64,000 nt of DNA, from the NCBI GenBank assembly GCA_030152305.1, contig JASKOM010000001.1:201174-265173 (forward strand), given 5' to 3'. Of the stretch, positions 55,592 to 64,000 are shown one piece after another. The notes beneath the pieces are model-generated. The model did not search any database. It was given only the letters and a program-made list of their open reading frames with translations, and was not told the DNA's origin. The DNA is from Campylobacterota bacterium. Lineage in GTDB: Bacteria; Campylobacterota; Campylobacteria; Campylobacterales; Thiovulaceae. Position 1 is the first letter of the stretch. Each line of letters starts with the position of its first letter. The translations under genes and the position numbers were made by a program.

Positions 55592-56499
55592 TGACAATAA
55601 AAAAAAATTCAATCGGTGTTATCGGCGGTGGCAAATGGGGTCAAGCTCTTCAATTTGCTCTTTCTAAAAAAAATAATCAACAAGTTTTTATAAATTCAAG
55701 ACGAATTCGTGATTTACCTAATTTCGTTTCGCTTAATGAAATATTAAATTGCGAATATTTAATCGTTGCTATTTCGACAAATGCAATTAATTCATGGCTT
55801 CGAGAACAATTTATTTTTAAAGGTCAAAAAATATTAATTGCTTCAAAAGGAATCGATATCGAAAATGGTCTTTTTCCATCTCAAATTTTCGCTCAATTCG
55901 TTCCTGAATCTCATATTTCTTATCTTTCTGGTCCAAGTTTCGCCGATGAGGTCATGAATTCTCTTCCAACGGCTCTTGTCGTAAATTCTAAAAATTTAAA
56001 TTTAGCTGATGAATTTAAATGTCTATTTCCAAATTTTATAAAAATATATATATCAAATGATATTATCGGTGCTGAAATTGCAGGTGCTTATAAAAATATT
56101 CTTGCAATTGCTTCAGGAATTTGTGAAGGTTTGAATTTAGGAAATAATGCAAAAGCAAGTTTAATCGCAAGAGGTTTAGTCGAAATGGAACGATTTGGTA
56201 AAAAATTTGGAGCAACCGAAGAGACATTTTTCGGATTAAGTGGAGCAGGTGATTTATTTTTAACAGCAAATAGCACAATGTCGCGAAATTATCGTGTTGG
56301 CTTAATGTTGGCAAATGGCGAAACACTTGAAAATATTTTGTTAAAACTTGGCGAAGTCGCCGAAGGTGTTAAAAGTGTTGAAGCACTTGTTAAAATTCGC
56401 GAACAAGAAAATTTATATACTCCAATCGCTGATCAAATTTATAATATTTTATATAAAAATATGACTCCGCAAAATGCACTTTTAAATTTATTAAAATAA
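55591..56499 (+). CDS. gpsA: NAD(P)H-dependent glycerol-3-phosphate dehydrogenase
   Basis: I prefer the ATG at 55591 (MTIKKNSIGVIGGGKWGQAL) over the track start at 55561; it overlaps the previous stop as TAATG. Also LSGPSFADEV and GAGDL. Confidence 0.88.
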   Translation: MTIKKNSIGVIGGGKWGQALQFALSKKNNQQVFINSRRIRDLPNFVSLNEILNCEYLIVAISTNAINSWLREQFIFKGQKILIASKGIDIENGLFPSQIFAQFVPESHISYLSGPSFADEVMNSLPTALVVNSKNLNLADEFKCLFPNFIKIYISNDIIGAEIAGAYKNILAIASGICEGLNLGNNAKASLIARGLVEMERFGKKFGATEETFFGLSGAGDLFLTANSTMSRNYRVGLMLANGETLENILLKLGEVAEGVKSVEALVKIREQENLYTPIADQIYNILYKNMTPQNALLNLLK

Positions 56500-56513
56500 T
56501 AGGCATAAAATAA

Positions 56514-57125
56514 ATGAATAAATTTTTTAAAATATCAATGTTAATAAGCGGTTTATATGCAAATTTACATAGCAAAATTATTCACGAACAAATTCCTTTT
56601 TTTGTTCCAGATCATCCAGTTATTTTTGATGTTAATTTTTCACGAGAACAAATCGATAAAGCAGAAATTTATTATTCGACATCATCCAGAAAAGGCAATA
56701 ATGTCATGCAATGTAATAATTTTGCTTGTGTAACTATTTTACAAACTTTTATCACAGATATGTATATAGAATATATTATTCGAATTCGTTTAAAATCAGG
56801 TGAAGAGTTTGAAACTCCAGTTCTTGTCGTTAATAAATTAACTATTCCAGAATGGCAAATTGGTGAAAATCTTAGTAATTTTGAAACTATTGAAGCTAGT
56901 AATGTTCAGAATCCGATTGAAGGTTTTTCGTTAAATGGTTTTGCAATTATGGACAAAAATCAAGCTATGCAAAATAAAAATAATAACGATAATTTAGAAG
57001 AAAATTATGATTTAAAATTAAAAAGACAAGATAATTCGTCTCCAATATCTTTCGACAAAGAAAACAAATTTAATAATCGTGAATGGTGGAAATTTTGGTA
57101 TAGAAACGAAAAAGAAACTCCATGA
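56514..57125 (+). CDS. hypothetical secreted protein
   Basis: 203 aa. Signal-like N-terminus, no known motif. Confidence 0.4.
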   Translation: MNKFFKISMLISGLYANLHSKIIHEQIPFFVPDHPVIFDVNFSREQIDKAEIYYSTSSRKGNNVMQCNNFACVTILQTFITDMYIEYIIRIRLKSGEEFETPVLVVNKLTIPEWQIGENLSNFETIEASNVQNPIEGFSLNGFAIMDKNQAMQNKNNNDNLEENYDLKLKRQDNSSPISFDKENKFNNREWWKFWYRNEKETP

Positions 57126-57138
57126 AAAATATTCGTTG

Positions 57139-57468
57139 TTATTCTTCTTGTAAAAATTGTTTAACTTGTGTTTTTAAGACTTCTATTTCGTCATTTTCTT
57201 TTAATAAATATTCCATATTATAATTTTTAGCAACTTCTAAAGTTAGCGAATCTTGACTACCAAGTTTTTCTATATGTTTCAATACGATATCTCGTTGATA
57301 AATTCTAAGAGCTAGTTTTAGCTCGATAGCCTGATCATCTTGAATCCAATATCTATGAGCATCTCCTTCATGAAGAAGTTCGATTTTTAACTCTTGAGCT
57401 TTTTTTAAAACAATATATCTTGTTAAACCGTTTGTGCTATTTACAATTTCTTCTATAAAAACTGACAT
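57139..57468 (-). CDS. hypothetical protein
   Basis: 109-aa ORF. No known motif. Confidence 0.4.
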   Translation of the reverse strand: MSVFIEEIVNSTNGLTRYIVLKKAQELKIELLHEGDAHRYWIQDDQAIELKLALRIYQRDIVLKHIEKLGSQDSLTLEVAKNYNMEYLLKENDEIEVLKTQVKQFLQEE

Positions 57469-57519
57469 ATTTGTTATTACATTCCTCTAAATATTTATTT
57501 TTATTAGATTAAATATAAA

Positions 57520-57550
57520 ACCTCATCAAAAAATAATATCTTGATGAGGT
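57520..57550. terminator. perfect 10-bp hairpin made of an ACCTCATC/GATGAGGT inverted pair, downstream of acs
   Basis: acctcatcaa-(11 nt)-ttgatgaggt lies 17 nt after the acs stop (minus strand). It is followed on the minus strand by T-rich sequence. Confidence 0.6.
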
Positions 57551-57566
57551 AAGAGATAAATATAAA

Positions 57567-59513
57567 TTATTTATTAAATTTATCTACGATTCGTTGAACA
57601 ACAGCAGGATCTTCGAGAGTTGAAATATCTTGAGTAATATTTTCGCCTTTTGCAATTGCTCGTAAAAGTCGTCTCATGATTTTTCCGCTTCGTGTTTTTG
57701 GAAGAGCTGAAACAATAATAATACTATCGCATTTTGCTAAAGCACCAATTTCAGAATTAATAATTTTATTAACTTCTTTTAATAATTCGACATCTTCACC
57801 GAAACTATCTTCATTTTTAAGAACGATATAAGCAAAAACTGATTCACCTTTAATTTCATCAGGTCGTCCAACAACGGCAACTTCAGCAACATGTAAATGT
57901 TTTGCAATTGCACTTTCGATTTCAGCAGTTCCAAGTCTATGACCAGAAACATTAATAACATCATCGACTCGACCAGTAATTGTGATATAGCCTCGTTCGT
58001 CATACATTGCACCATCACCTGAAAAATAAACAGGTTTGCCATCTTTTTTAGCATCACCAAAATATGATTTTTTATATCTTTCTGGATCGCCCCAAATTGT
58101 TCTGATCATCGAAGGCCATGGTTTTGTTATGCACAATAAACCTTTTTCACCAACTGGCATTTTATTACCGTTTTCATCGATGATTTCAGCAAAAATCCCT
58201 GGAAGTGGCAAAGTAGCTGAAGCAGGTTTAATTGGAGTTGCAAATGGAAGCGGAGTAATCATATGACCACCTGTTTCTGTTTGCCACCAAGTATCAACGA
58301 TTGGACATTTTCCACCGCCAATTTCATTGTAATACCAAAGCCAAGCTTCTGGATTAATTGGTTCGCCAACTGTTCCAAGAACTCTAAGAGAAGACAAATT
58401 ATATTTTTTAGGTTCGTTTGCACCAGTTTTATGAAGAAGTCTAATTGCTGTTGGAGCTGTATAAAATTGATTAACTTGATATTCTTCAATCATTTTCCAC
58501 CATCGACCCGCATCTGGATAAACAGGAACACCTTCGAACATAATTGTTGTTGCTCCCATTGATAATGGACCATAAACGATATAAGTATGTCCAGTAATCC
58601 AACCGACATCAGCAGTTGACCAATATGTATCATTTTCTCGAACATCGAAAACATTTTCCATTGTCGTATGAGCATGTAACATATAACCAGCTGTCGAATG
58701 TTGAACACCTTTTGGTTTTCCAGTTGAGCCTGAAGTGTATAATAAAAATAGTGGATCTTCACTATCCATTTCTTCTGGTTCGCAAAATGGAGATTCGTTT
58801 TCAACGAGTTCAGCATAAGCAAAATCGCGACCAGCAACCCATTTAATATCAGATTTATTTCGTTCAACGATAATAACAGATTTAACTGTTTCGCATTTTT
58901 GTGAAAGAGCTTCATCGACAAGCGGTTTTAATAAATATGGTTTGCCTCTTCGATAAGCACCGTCAGCAGTCATGACAACTTTTGCTTCAGCATCAACGAT
59001 ACGATCTCGTAAAGCTTCAGCCGAGAATCCGCCAAAAACAACTGAATGAATTGCACCAATTCTTGCACAAGCCAACATCGAAATAGCAGCTTCTGGAATC
59101 ATTGGCATATAAATTACAACTCGATCACCTTTTTTTACACCGAATCTATTTTTTAATAAATTAGCTGTTTTATTAACTCGATGATAAAGTTCGCGATAAG
59201 TAATAATTTGTTTATCACCTAATTCACCTTCGAAAATAATCGCAGCTTTATTTTTTCGAGAATCAAGATGTCGATCGATACATTGATAACTAGCATTAAG
59301 TTTTCCACCAACAAACCATTTATAAAACGGAGCATTACTTTCGTCTAAAACTTGATTATATGGCTTAAACCAAGAGATTTTTTCTTTAGCTAATTGATCC
59401 CAGTAGCCTTCAAAATCTTCAGTTGCTCTAGCAACAAGTTCGTTATATTCGCATATGTTTTTTACTCTAGCATTTTTTGCTTCGGTCCTATTAGGATAAT
59501 ATAACTCTTCCAT
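57567..59513 (-). CDS. acs: acetyl-coenzyme A synthetase
   Basis: 648 aa. [19 protein letters not shown], and the acetyl-CoA synthetase C-terminal [12 protein letters not shown]. Confidence 0.95.
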   Translation of the reverse strand: MEELYYPNRTEAKNARVKNICEYNELVARATEDFEGYWDQLAKEKISWFKPYNQVLDESNAPFYKWFVGGKLNASYQCIDRHLDSRKNKAAIIFEGELGDKQIITYRELYHRVNKTANLLKNRFGVKKGDRVVIYMPMIPEAAISMLACARIGAIHSVVFGGFSAEALRDRIVDAEAKVVMTADGAYRRGKPYLLKPLVDEALSQKCETVKSVIIVERNKSDIKWVAGRDFAYAELVENESPFCEPEEMDSEDPLFLLYTSGSTGKPKGVQHSTAGYMLHAHTTMENVFDVRENDTYWSTADVGWITGHTYIVYGPLSMGATTIMFEGVPVYPDAGRWWKMIEEYQVNQFYTAPTAIRLLHKTGANEPKKYNLSSLRVLGTVGEPINPEAWLWYYNEIGGGKCPIVDTWWQTETGGHMITPLPFATPIKPASATLPLPGIFAEIIDENGNKMPVGEKGLLCITKPWPSMIRTIWGDPERYKKSYFGDAKKDGKPVYFSGDGAMYDERGYITITGRVDDVINVSGHRLGTAEIESAIAKHLHVAEVAVVGRPDEIKGESVFAYIVLKNEDSFGEDVELLKEVNKIINSEIGALAKCDSIIIVSALPKTRSGKIMRRLLRAIAKGENITQDISTLEDPAVVQRIVDKFNK

Positions 59514-59554
59514 TTGTTTACCTTATATTTATTGAGATTTTATCAACATAAAGA

Positions 59555-59563
59555 ATTCTACCA
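59555..59563 (-). promoter_or_regulatory. extended -10 promoter element for acs (TGgTAGAAT)
   Basis: The minus strand reads ttttttggtagaattc, about 42 nt upstream of the acs ATG. Confidence 0.45.
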
Positions 59564-59740
59564 AAAAATTTAATTTATATTAAAAAAATAGTTAATTTAA
59601 AAACTTAATAAATTTAACATAAAAATCTTGTATGAAATATATATAACTCAAATTTAATATTAAATATCTTTTTTACTATTTTTTATATATTCTTATTTTT
59701 AAGAATATGAATTTACGAGTTATAATTTTTTATAATAATT

Positions 59741-61693
59741 TTATTCATAATTATCTGGATTAATTTGAAAACTAAGTTTTCTTAATAATTTTTGCTGTTC
59801 GTGTTGGTTTTTGTTTTCTGGCAATAGTAATAATACAAGCTCTTCCCAAAGGTTAATTAATTTTTTTACAACATTATCTTTTATAATAATATGAAATCTA
59901 TATTTATTGTTCAATTTTTTAATATCTGCTTCACCTGAAATAAATATTTTATATTTGAACTTATTAATTATCAATGTTTCTAATTTATTTAATAAATTTT
60001 CGGCTTCTTCTTTTATTGCTGATTTAATAACGATTCTTCCAAAATTAACAAATGGCGGAAATAAACCTTGTCGTGCTTCGATTTCATATAATAAAAATTT
60101 TTCGTAATCATTTACGAAATTTTCAAAAAATTCACCAAATTTCGTATAAACAAGAACTTCACCAGCTTCTTTTCTGCCACTTCGTCCGACAAGTTGAACC
60201 AAAGTTCTCAAACTTCGTTCATAAGCTTGAAAATCAAGAAAATCAAGTGAATTATCAATATCTGAAACAATTACAAGATTTAAATCTGGAAAATCATGAC
60301 CTTTGCTCATAATTTGAGTTCCAACAAGAATATCAATTTTATTATTTTCAAATGCTTCTAATATTTCTTCAAGTTGATCTATTTTGCGAGTATTATCACC
60401 ATCAATATAAACTATATTTTTATTTGGAAATGCTTTTTTTAATATTTTCGTAACTTCAACTGTGCCGACATTTTGAAGTTTTAATTCGCCATTGCATTTT
60501 GGACAAAATTTAGGAACATTTTCAGTTTTGCCACATCGATTACATTTTAATTTAGTATCGTCAAGATAAACTCGCATTCCTGTTGAACAACTTTTGCATT
60601 CGATTTTTAGACCACATGACAAACATGATGCATATTTAAAATTGCCTTTTACAGGAACAAACCATAAAACTTTTTTACCATTTTCAATTTCTTCACGGGC
60701 TTTTTTAAGTGCAAAATTTATAAATTTTTTCTTATCTGAAATAAATGAAATTTGGTTTCCAGCATTTAAAGATTTATCTCGTTTTAATCTAACGATGTCA
60801 AATTTAGTATAGCTAGTAATTAATGGTGTTGCACTGCCTACAATGACTTTGATATTTAATTGATTGCCAAGATAAATAGCTGATTCTCGCCCTGAAAAAA
60901 ATGTTTTTTCGTGATTTCCTAACGAATAACTTTCACTATGTTCTTCATCGATAACAATTAATTGCAAATTTTTAAATGGCAAAAATATAGTTGAAATTGT
61001 TCCAACTGCGATTTTTATTAAACCTATTTCTATTTTTGCAAGAATAGTTTCTTTACTTTCTGTATTTACCTTAGAATGCCATGGAGCAATAAGATAATTA
61101 AAATGTTTCTCAAGTCGTTTGATAGTTTGCGGAACAATATTAATTTCTGGAACTAGAAAAACAATGTCGCCATTATTTAATAAAGCATCGGCAATTAATT
61201 TTTTATAAATCCGTGTTTTTCCACTTCCTGTTTCACCAAAAAGTAAAACAGTTGTTTGTGAATTAACAATTTGATTATATGCGATTTGTTGCTGATTTGA
61301 AAGTTCTATTTCTAAATTTAAATTCTCAAAACTTGGTTCAATTCTTTTGATATCTTTAGGATGAGGTTTGATAAATTTAAATACTTGTGAAAATGGCAAA
61401 AAATAGTAATGTTTTATAAAAACAGCCGTAGAAAAATATGCTAATGGCAAAGATTCAGGGCATATAGACAGAATAATTTTTACTTTATGGATTTCTACTT
61501 CTAAATGTTCAACAGCCCGTTTTTTAAAAATTATGCCTTTAGCCTTTTGATTTTTTAAATTTACTTTAACATATGTCAAATTTGGAATATCTGTATTTGA
61601 GGCATATGTTAAATATTTATGTTGTGGTTCGACATTATTAGATGTCATTATGACATCGTAATAATAAATTATCTGTTCTTCAATTTCTTCCAT
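59741..61693 (-). CDS. priA: primosomal replication restart helicase PriA
   Basis: 650 aa. Walker A GETGSGKT, DEEH box, Cys-rich zinc region (CLSCG...CKSC...CNRCG...CPKC). Confidence 0.9.
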   Translation of the reverse strand: MEEIEEQIIYYYDVIMTSNNVEPQHKYLTYASNTDIPNLTYVKVNLKNQKAKGIIFKKRAVEHLEVEIHKVKIILSICPESLPLAYFSTAVFIKHYYFLPFSQVFKFIKPHPKDIKRIEPSFENLNLEIELSNQQQIAYNQIVNSQTTVLLFGETGSGKTRIYKKLIADALLNNGDIVFLVPEINIVPQTIKRLEKHFNYLIAPWHSKVNTESKETILAKIEIGLIKIAVGTISTIFLPFKNLQLIVIDEEHSESYSLGNHEKTFFSGRESAIYLGNQLNIKVIVGSATPLITSYTKFDIVRLKRDKSLNAGNQISFISDKKKFINFALKKAREEIENGKKVLWFVPVKGNFKYASCLSCGLKIECKSCSTGMRVYLDDTKLKCNRCGKTENVPKFCPKCNGELKLQNVGTVEVTKILKKAFPNKNIVYIDGDNTRKIDQLEEILEAFENNKIDILVGTQIMSKGHDFPDLNLVIVSDIDNSLDFLDFQAYERSLRTLVQLVGRSGRKEAGEVLVYTKFGEFFENFVNDYEKFLLYEIEARQGLFPPFVNFGRIVIKSAIKEEAENLLNKLETLIINKFKYKIFISGEADIKKLNNKYRFHIIIKDNVVKKLINLWEELVLLLLPENKNQHEQQKLLRKLSFQINPDNYE

Positions 61694-61703
61694 TTATTTT
61701 ATA

Positions 61704-63365
61704 TTAAATTTCATAACCAGAAATAGAAATATTCCATTCTCGCAAATCGCCTTTGTAACTGCTATTTGTGTCATAAACTGTAATTGTCCAAAATCCTGAA
61801 CTGTTTTCATCAAGAAATCGCACTGAACTAAACTCCCAATTATCTAATGAACCAGAAATTCCAGTTGTTAAAAGTGTCGAAACTGTGCCACTTGGCGAAG
61901 TTATATTTATTTTCAAATCTGCAATTCTGTCATGTTCAGGAATTGAAACACCAACTGTAACATGCTGAACGGCAATATTATCTTTTATATAAATTTTTTC
62001 AGATAATGATCCTAAATCTGGAATTGGTTCATAAGGTTGAGATTTACTAAAAATAACGACCTCATCGCCTAAACCTTCGAAATTTTCAGCCATTGCAACA
62101 GCATCAACTGGATTAATCACACCAAAACCGTAATAAGGCGAAAAATAGATTCCAGCTTTATTTTCACTCCATTCATATTTTTTAATTCCAGCATATGACG
62201 AATTATTTTTTTTCGTAGCTGTTTTTGCCAATATATATTTCACATCTCGATAAGTTAAATCTGGATTTGCTTCTAATATCAAAGCAACAACTCCACTTGC
62301 AACTGGTGTCGCCGATGAGGTTCCATTCATCATATCTGTGTAATTGCCGTTATAATAATCCAAAGTTGAAGATTTATTATTAAAACCGTAAAGCCAACCT
62401 GTTAAATCTGTTGTTACGATTCCTTTATATAAACTAGCATCGCCTGCGGGAGCTGTAATTAATAAATTATCTCCGTGATTCGAATAACTTGGAACTGAAC
62501 TATCATAAATAACTGCTCCGACATTAACAACATATTTACTACCGTGCAATGTCGAATAATTCGAATTTCCGTTTTCATTACCAGAAGCAAATAAATAAAT
62601 TATGCCTTTGCCATCGCGACCATAAACGATTCCTTGTTTAATACCACGAATAGAAGAAGGATCATCATATAATTCTCCTGCATTATCGCCACCCCAACTA
62701 TTGCTAGAAATATCAACATTCAAATTTCCAAGTGCATCTTCGAAATCGCTATCTTTATTTGTCGAAAAAGGATTTAATCCAACGATATCAACAAGAGGAG
62801 CAACACCGATTACACCTTCATTATTCCAACCAGAAGCCCCGATAATTCCAGCTACGGCTGTGCCATGACCAGTTGCTTCAGGTTCTAACCTTAACTGTTC
62901 TGAACTTGGCGATGGATTTTTTGAACCATCTGAATATCTCAAACTATTTGAAAAATCTATATTATTATATAAATCTGGATGATTCCATTGAACACCACTA
63001 TCGACAACAGCGATTTTTATACCTTCACCTGTATATTTTGACCAAACAGATAATAAATTCAAATAAATTAAATGCCATTGATTTTTATAAAGCGGATCAG
63101 TCGGTGTAAGATTCGAAACAGAACGAGGATAACTTTTTATTTGATCATCAGGTATTTCAAAACCTGTTTTATCGATATTAATAGGATTTTCAGGTTCAGT
63201 TGTTGTTTGATCATTATTATCAACGATGACTGGAGTTTCTTGTTGGTTTGTTAAATAAGATGACAATTCTTTATCAGTTTCGATTGTGCAACCGTTAAAT
63301 AATATCAACGAAACAACTATTGATAAATTTTTATTAAAAGCTATCTTGTGATAAATGTTCTTCAA
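61704..63365 (-). CDS. subtilisin-like (S8) serine protease lipoprotein with a C-terminal P-domain-like region
   Basis: 553 aa. Lipobox LFNGCT. Catalytic triad contexts VVDSGV, HGTAVAGII, GTSSATPVASG. C-terminal beta-sandwich (WTITVYD...EWNISISGYEI) like the proprotein-convertase P domain. Confidence 0.85.
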   Translation of the reverse strand: MKNIYHKIAFNKNLSIVVSLILFNGCTIETDKELSSYLTNQQETPVIVDNNDQTTTEPENPINIDKTGFEIPDDQIKSYPRSVSNLTPTDPLYKNQWHLIYLNLLSVWSKYTGEGIKIAVVDSGVQWNHPDLYNNIDFSNSLRYSDGSKNPSPSSEQLRLEPEATGHGTAVAGIIGASGWNNEGVIGVAPLVDIVGLNPFSTNKDSDFEDALGNLNVDISSNSWGGDNAGELYDDPSSIRGIKQGIVYGRDGKGIIYLFASGNENGNSNYSTLHGSKYVVNVGAVIYDSSVPSYSNHGDNLLITAPAGDASLYKGIVTTDLTGWLYGFNNKSSTLDYYNGNYTDMMNGTSSATPVASGVVALILEANPDLTYRDVKYILAKTATKKNNSSYAGIKKYEWSENKAGIYFSPYYGFGVINPVDAVAMAENFEGLGDEVVIFSKSQPYEPIPDLGSLSEKIYIKDNIAVQHVTVGVSIPEHDRIADLKINITSPSGTVSTLLTTGISGSLDNWEFSSVRFLDENSSGFWTITVYDTNSSYKGDLREWNISISGYEI

Positions 63366-64000
63366 ATTTAGCCTCCAAATCTTTTACCCAAATTGTGCCA
63401 TTTGCAACCTCATCGCTACCTAAAACAGCACAATATTTATAACCTTTTTTCAAAGCATTCGTAATATGAGATGCTAAACTTCGGGTTTTATATTCGATAT
63501 GAACTCGAGAAACTTCTCGTTTTTTCGAAGCTAAAATATATAATTTTTCAAGATAATTTTCATCGAGAGTTCCGAAATAATAGCCGTTTTGTTCTTTTTC
63601 AGGCAATTTAACAAGATCTAAAATTCGTTCAATTCCGAGAGCAAAACCAACCGCAGGAGTTGATTTTCCGCCGAGATATTCAACAAGACGATCATATCTT
63701 CCACCACCAGCAACAGCATTTTGACTTCCAATTTCATTAGAAACAAACTCAAAAGCAGTTCGCGAATAATAATCAAGTCCTCGAACAAGATTCGAATCGA
63801 TTTCATATTTTATATTTTTTTCGTCAAACAATCTTTTCACTCGATCAAATTCGATATCGCATTCATCACATAAACAATCTTTTATTTTTGGACTATTTAT
63901 TAATTCGTGTTTGCAACTTTCAACTTTGCAGTCAAGAGTTCTAATCGGATTTGTTTCTATTCGTCGATGACAATCAGAACATAATTTTTCTTTTTTATCA
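63334..64000 (-). CDS. hisS: histidine--tRNA ligase (5' end off the right edge)
   Basis: The frame stays open to the window end. My translation upstream of the track ORF is ...CSDCHRRIETNPIRTLDCKVESCKHELINSPKIKDCLCDECDIEFDRVKRLF..., followed by LVRGLDYY and the motif-3 region GGGRYD. Confidence 0.88.
   Translation of the reverse strand, partial: DKKEKLCSDCHRRIETNPIRTLDCKVESCKHELINSPKIKDCLCDECDIEFDRVKRLFDEKNIKYEIDSNLVRGLDYYSRTAFEFVSNEIGSQNAVAGGGRYDRLVEYLGGKSTPAVGFALGIERILDLVKLPEKEQNGYYFGTLDENYLEKLYILASKKREVSRVHIEYKTRSLASHITNALKKGYKYCAVLGSDEVANGTIWVKDLEAKFEEHLSQDSF

Noticed and set aside
178-63414. GATGAGGT as a Chi site, a KOPS/FtsK-orienting sequence, a MITE, or a restriction site.
   Set aside because: Chi and KOPS-type words are strongly strand-skewed within a replichore, whereas here the split is 22:21. 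MITEs have conserved flanks, whereas here only one flanking base is biased. Restriction targets are normally avoided, not enriched. None of these is fully excluded without whole-genome statistics, so they are listed as refutation routes in the finding.

Overview
This is a low-GC bacterial chromosome segment (about 30% GC by eye). It is most consistent with a member of the Campylobacterota (epsilonproteobacteria), which is an inference from three things: extended -10 promoters of the TTTTGGTAGAAT type, small c-type cytochromes, and a MutS7-type MutS-HNH gene.

The backbone is housekeeping genes, all with intact reading frames: clpX (partial), dCMP deaminase, arsB, ychF, rsmD, leuC, fabG, rpiB, pnp, htpG, panC, clpB, hemJ-like, gatB, gpsA, acs, priA, hisS (partial), and a 1196-aa hybrid sensor kinase.

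Two accessory islands interrupt the backbone.
- Island 1 (about 4.06-14.66 kb, between ychF and rsmD) carries a phage-type antirepressor plus a duplicated 3' fragment of it, two small HTH genes, a MutS7-like MutS with a C-terminal HNH nuclease, and a 962-aa Type IIG restriction-modification enzyme. It also carries a 2.3-kb cassette bracketed by a 314-bp direct repeat of the Type IIG 3' end. The cassette encodes an ImmA/IrrE-like Zn-peptidase translationally coupled to a frameshifted class-III-nucleotidyl-cyclase-like protein fused to a degenerate Nudix-like domain. This is my best candidate for an undescribed signalling or defence module.
- Island 2 (28.4-30.8 kb) is a C5-cytosine methyltransferase plus an HpaII-like endonuclease inactivated by a frameshift.

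Other accessory content is a roughly 9-kb surface-protein locus (36.3-45.2 kb) broken by an in-frame stop and several frameshifts, a truncated TnpB gene, and an S8 protease.

The most striking signal is not a gene. The 8-mer GATGAGGT (usually CGATGAGGT) occurs at least 43 times in 64 kb, 22 on one strand and 21 on the other. It lies in coding and intergenic DNA, with non-conserved flanks, and several times forms inverted pairs that make terminator-like hairpins. That pattern is the one known for DNA uptake sequences. No rRNA, tRNA or CRISPR array was recognised.
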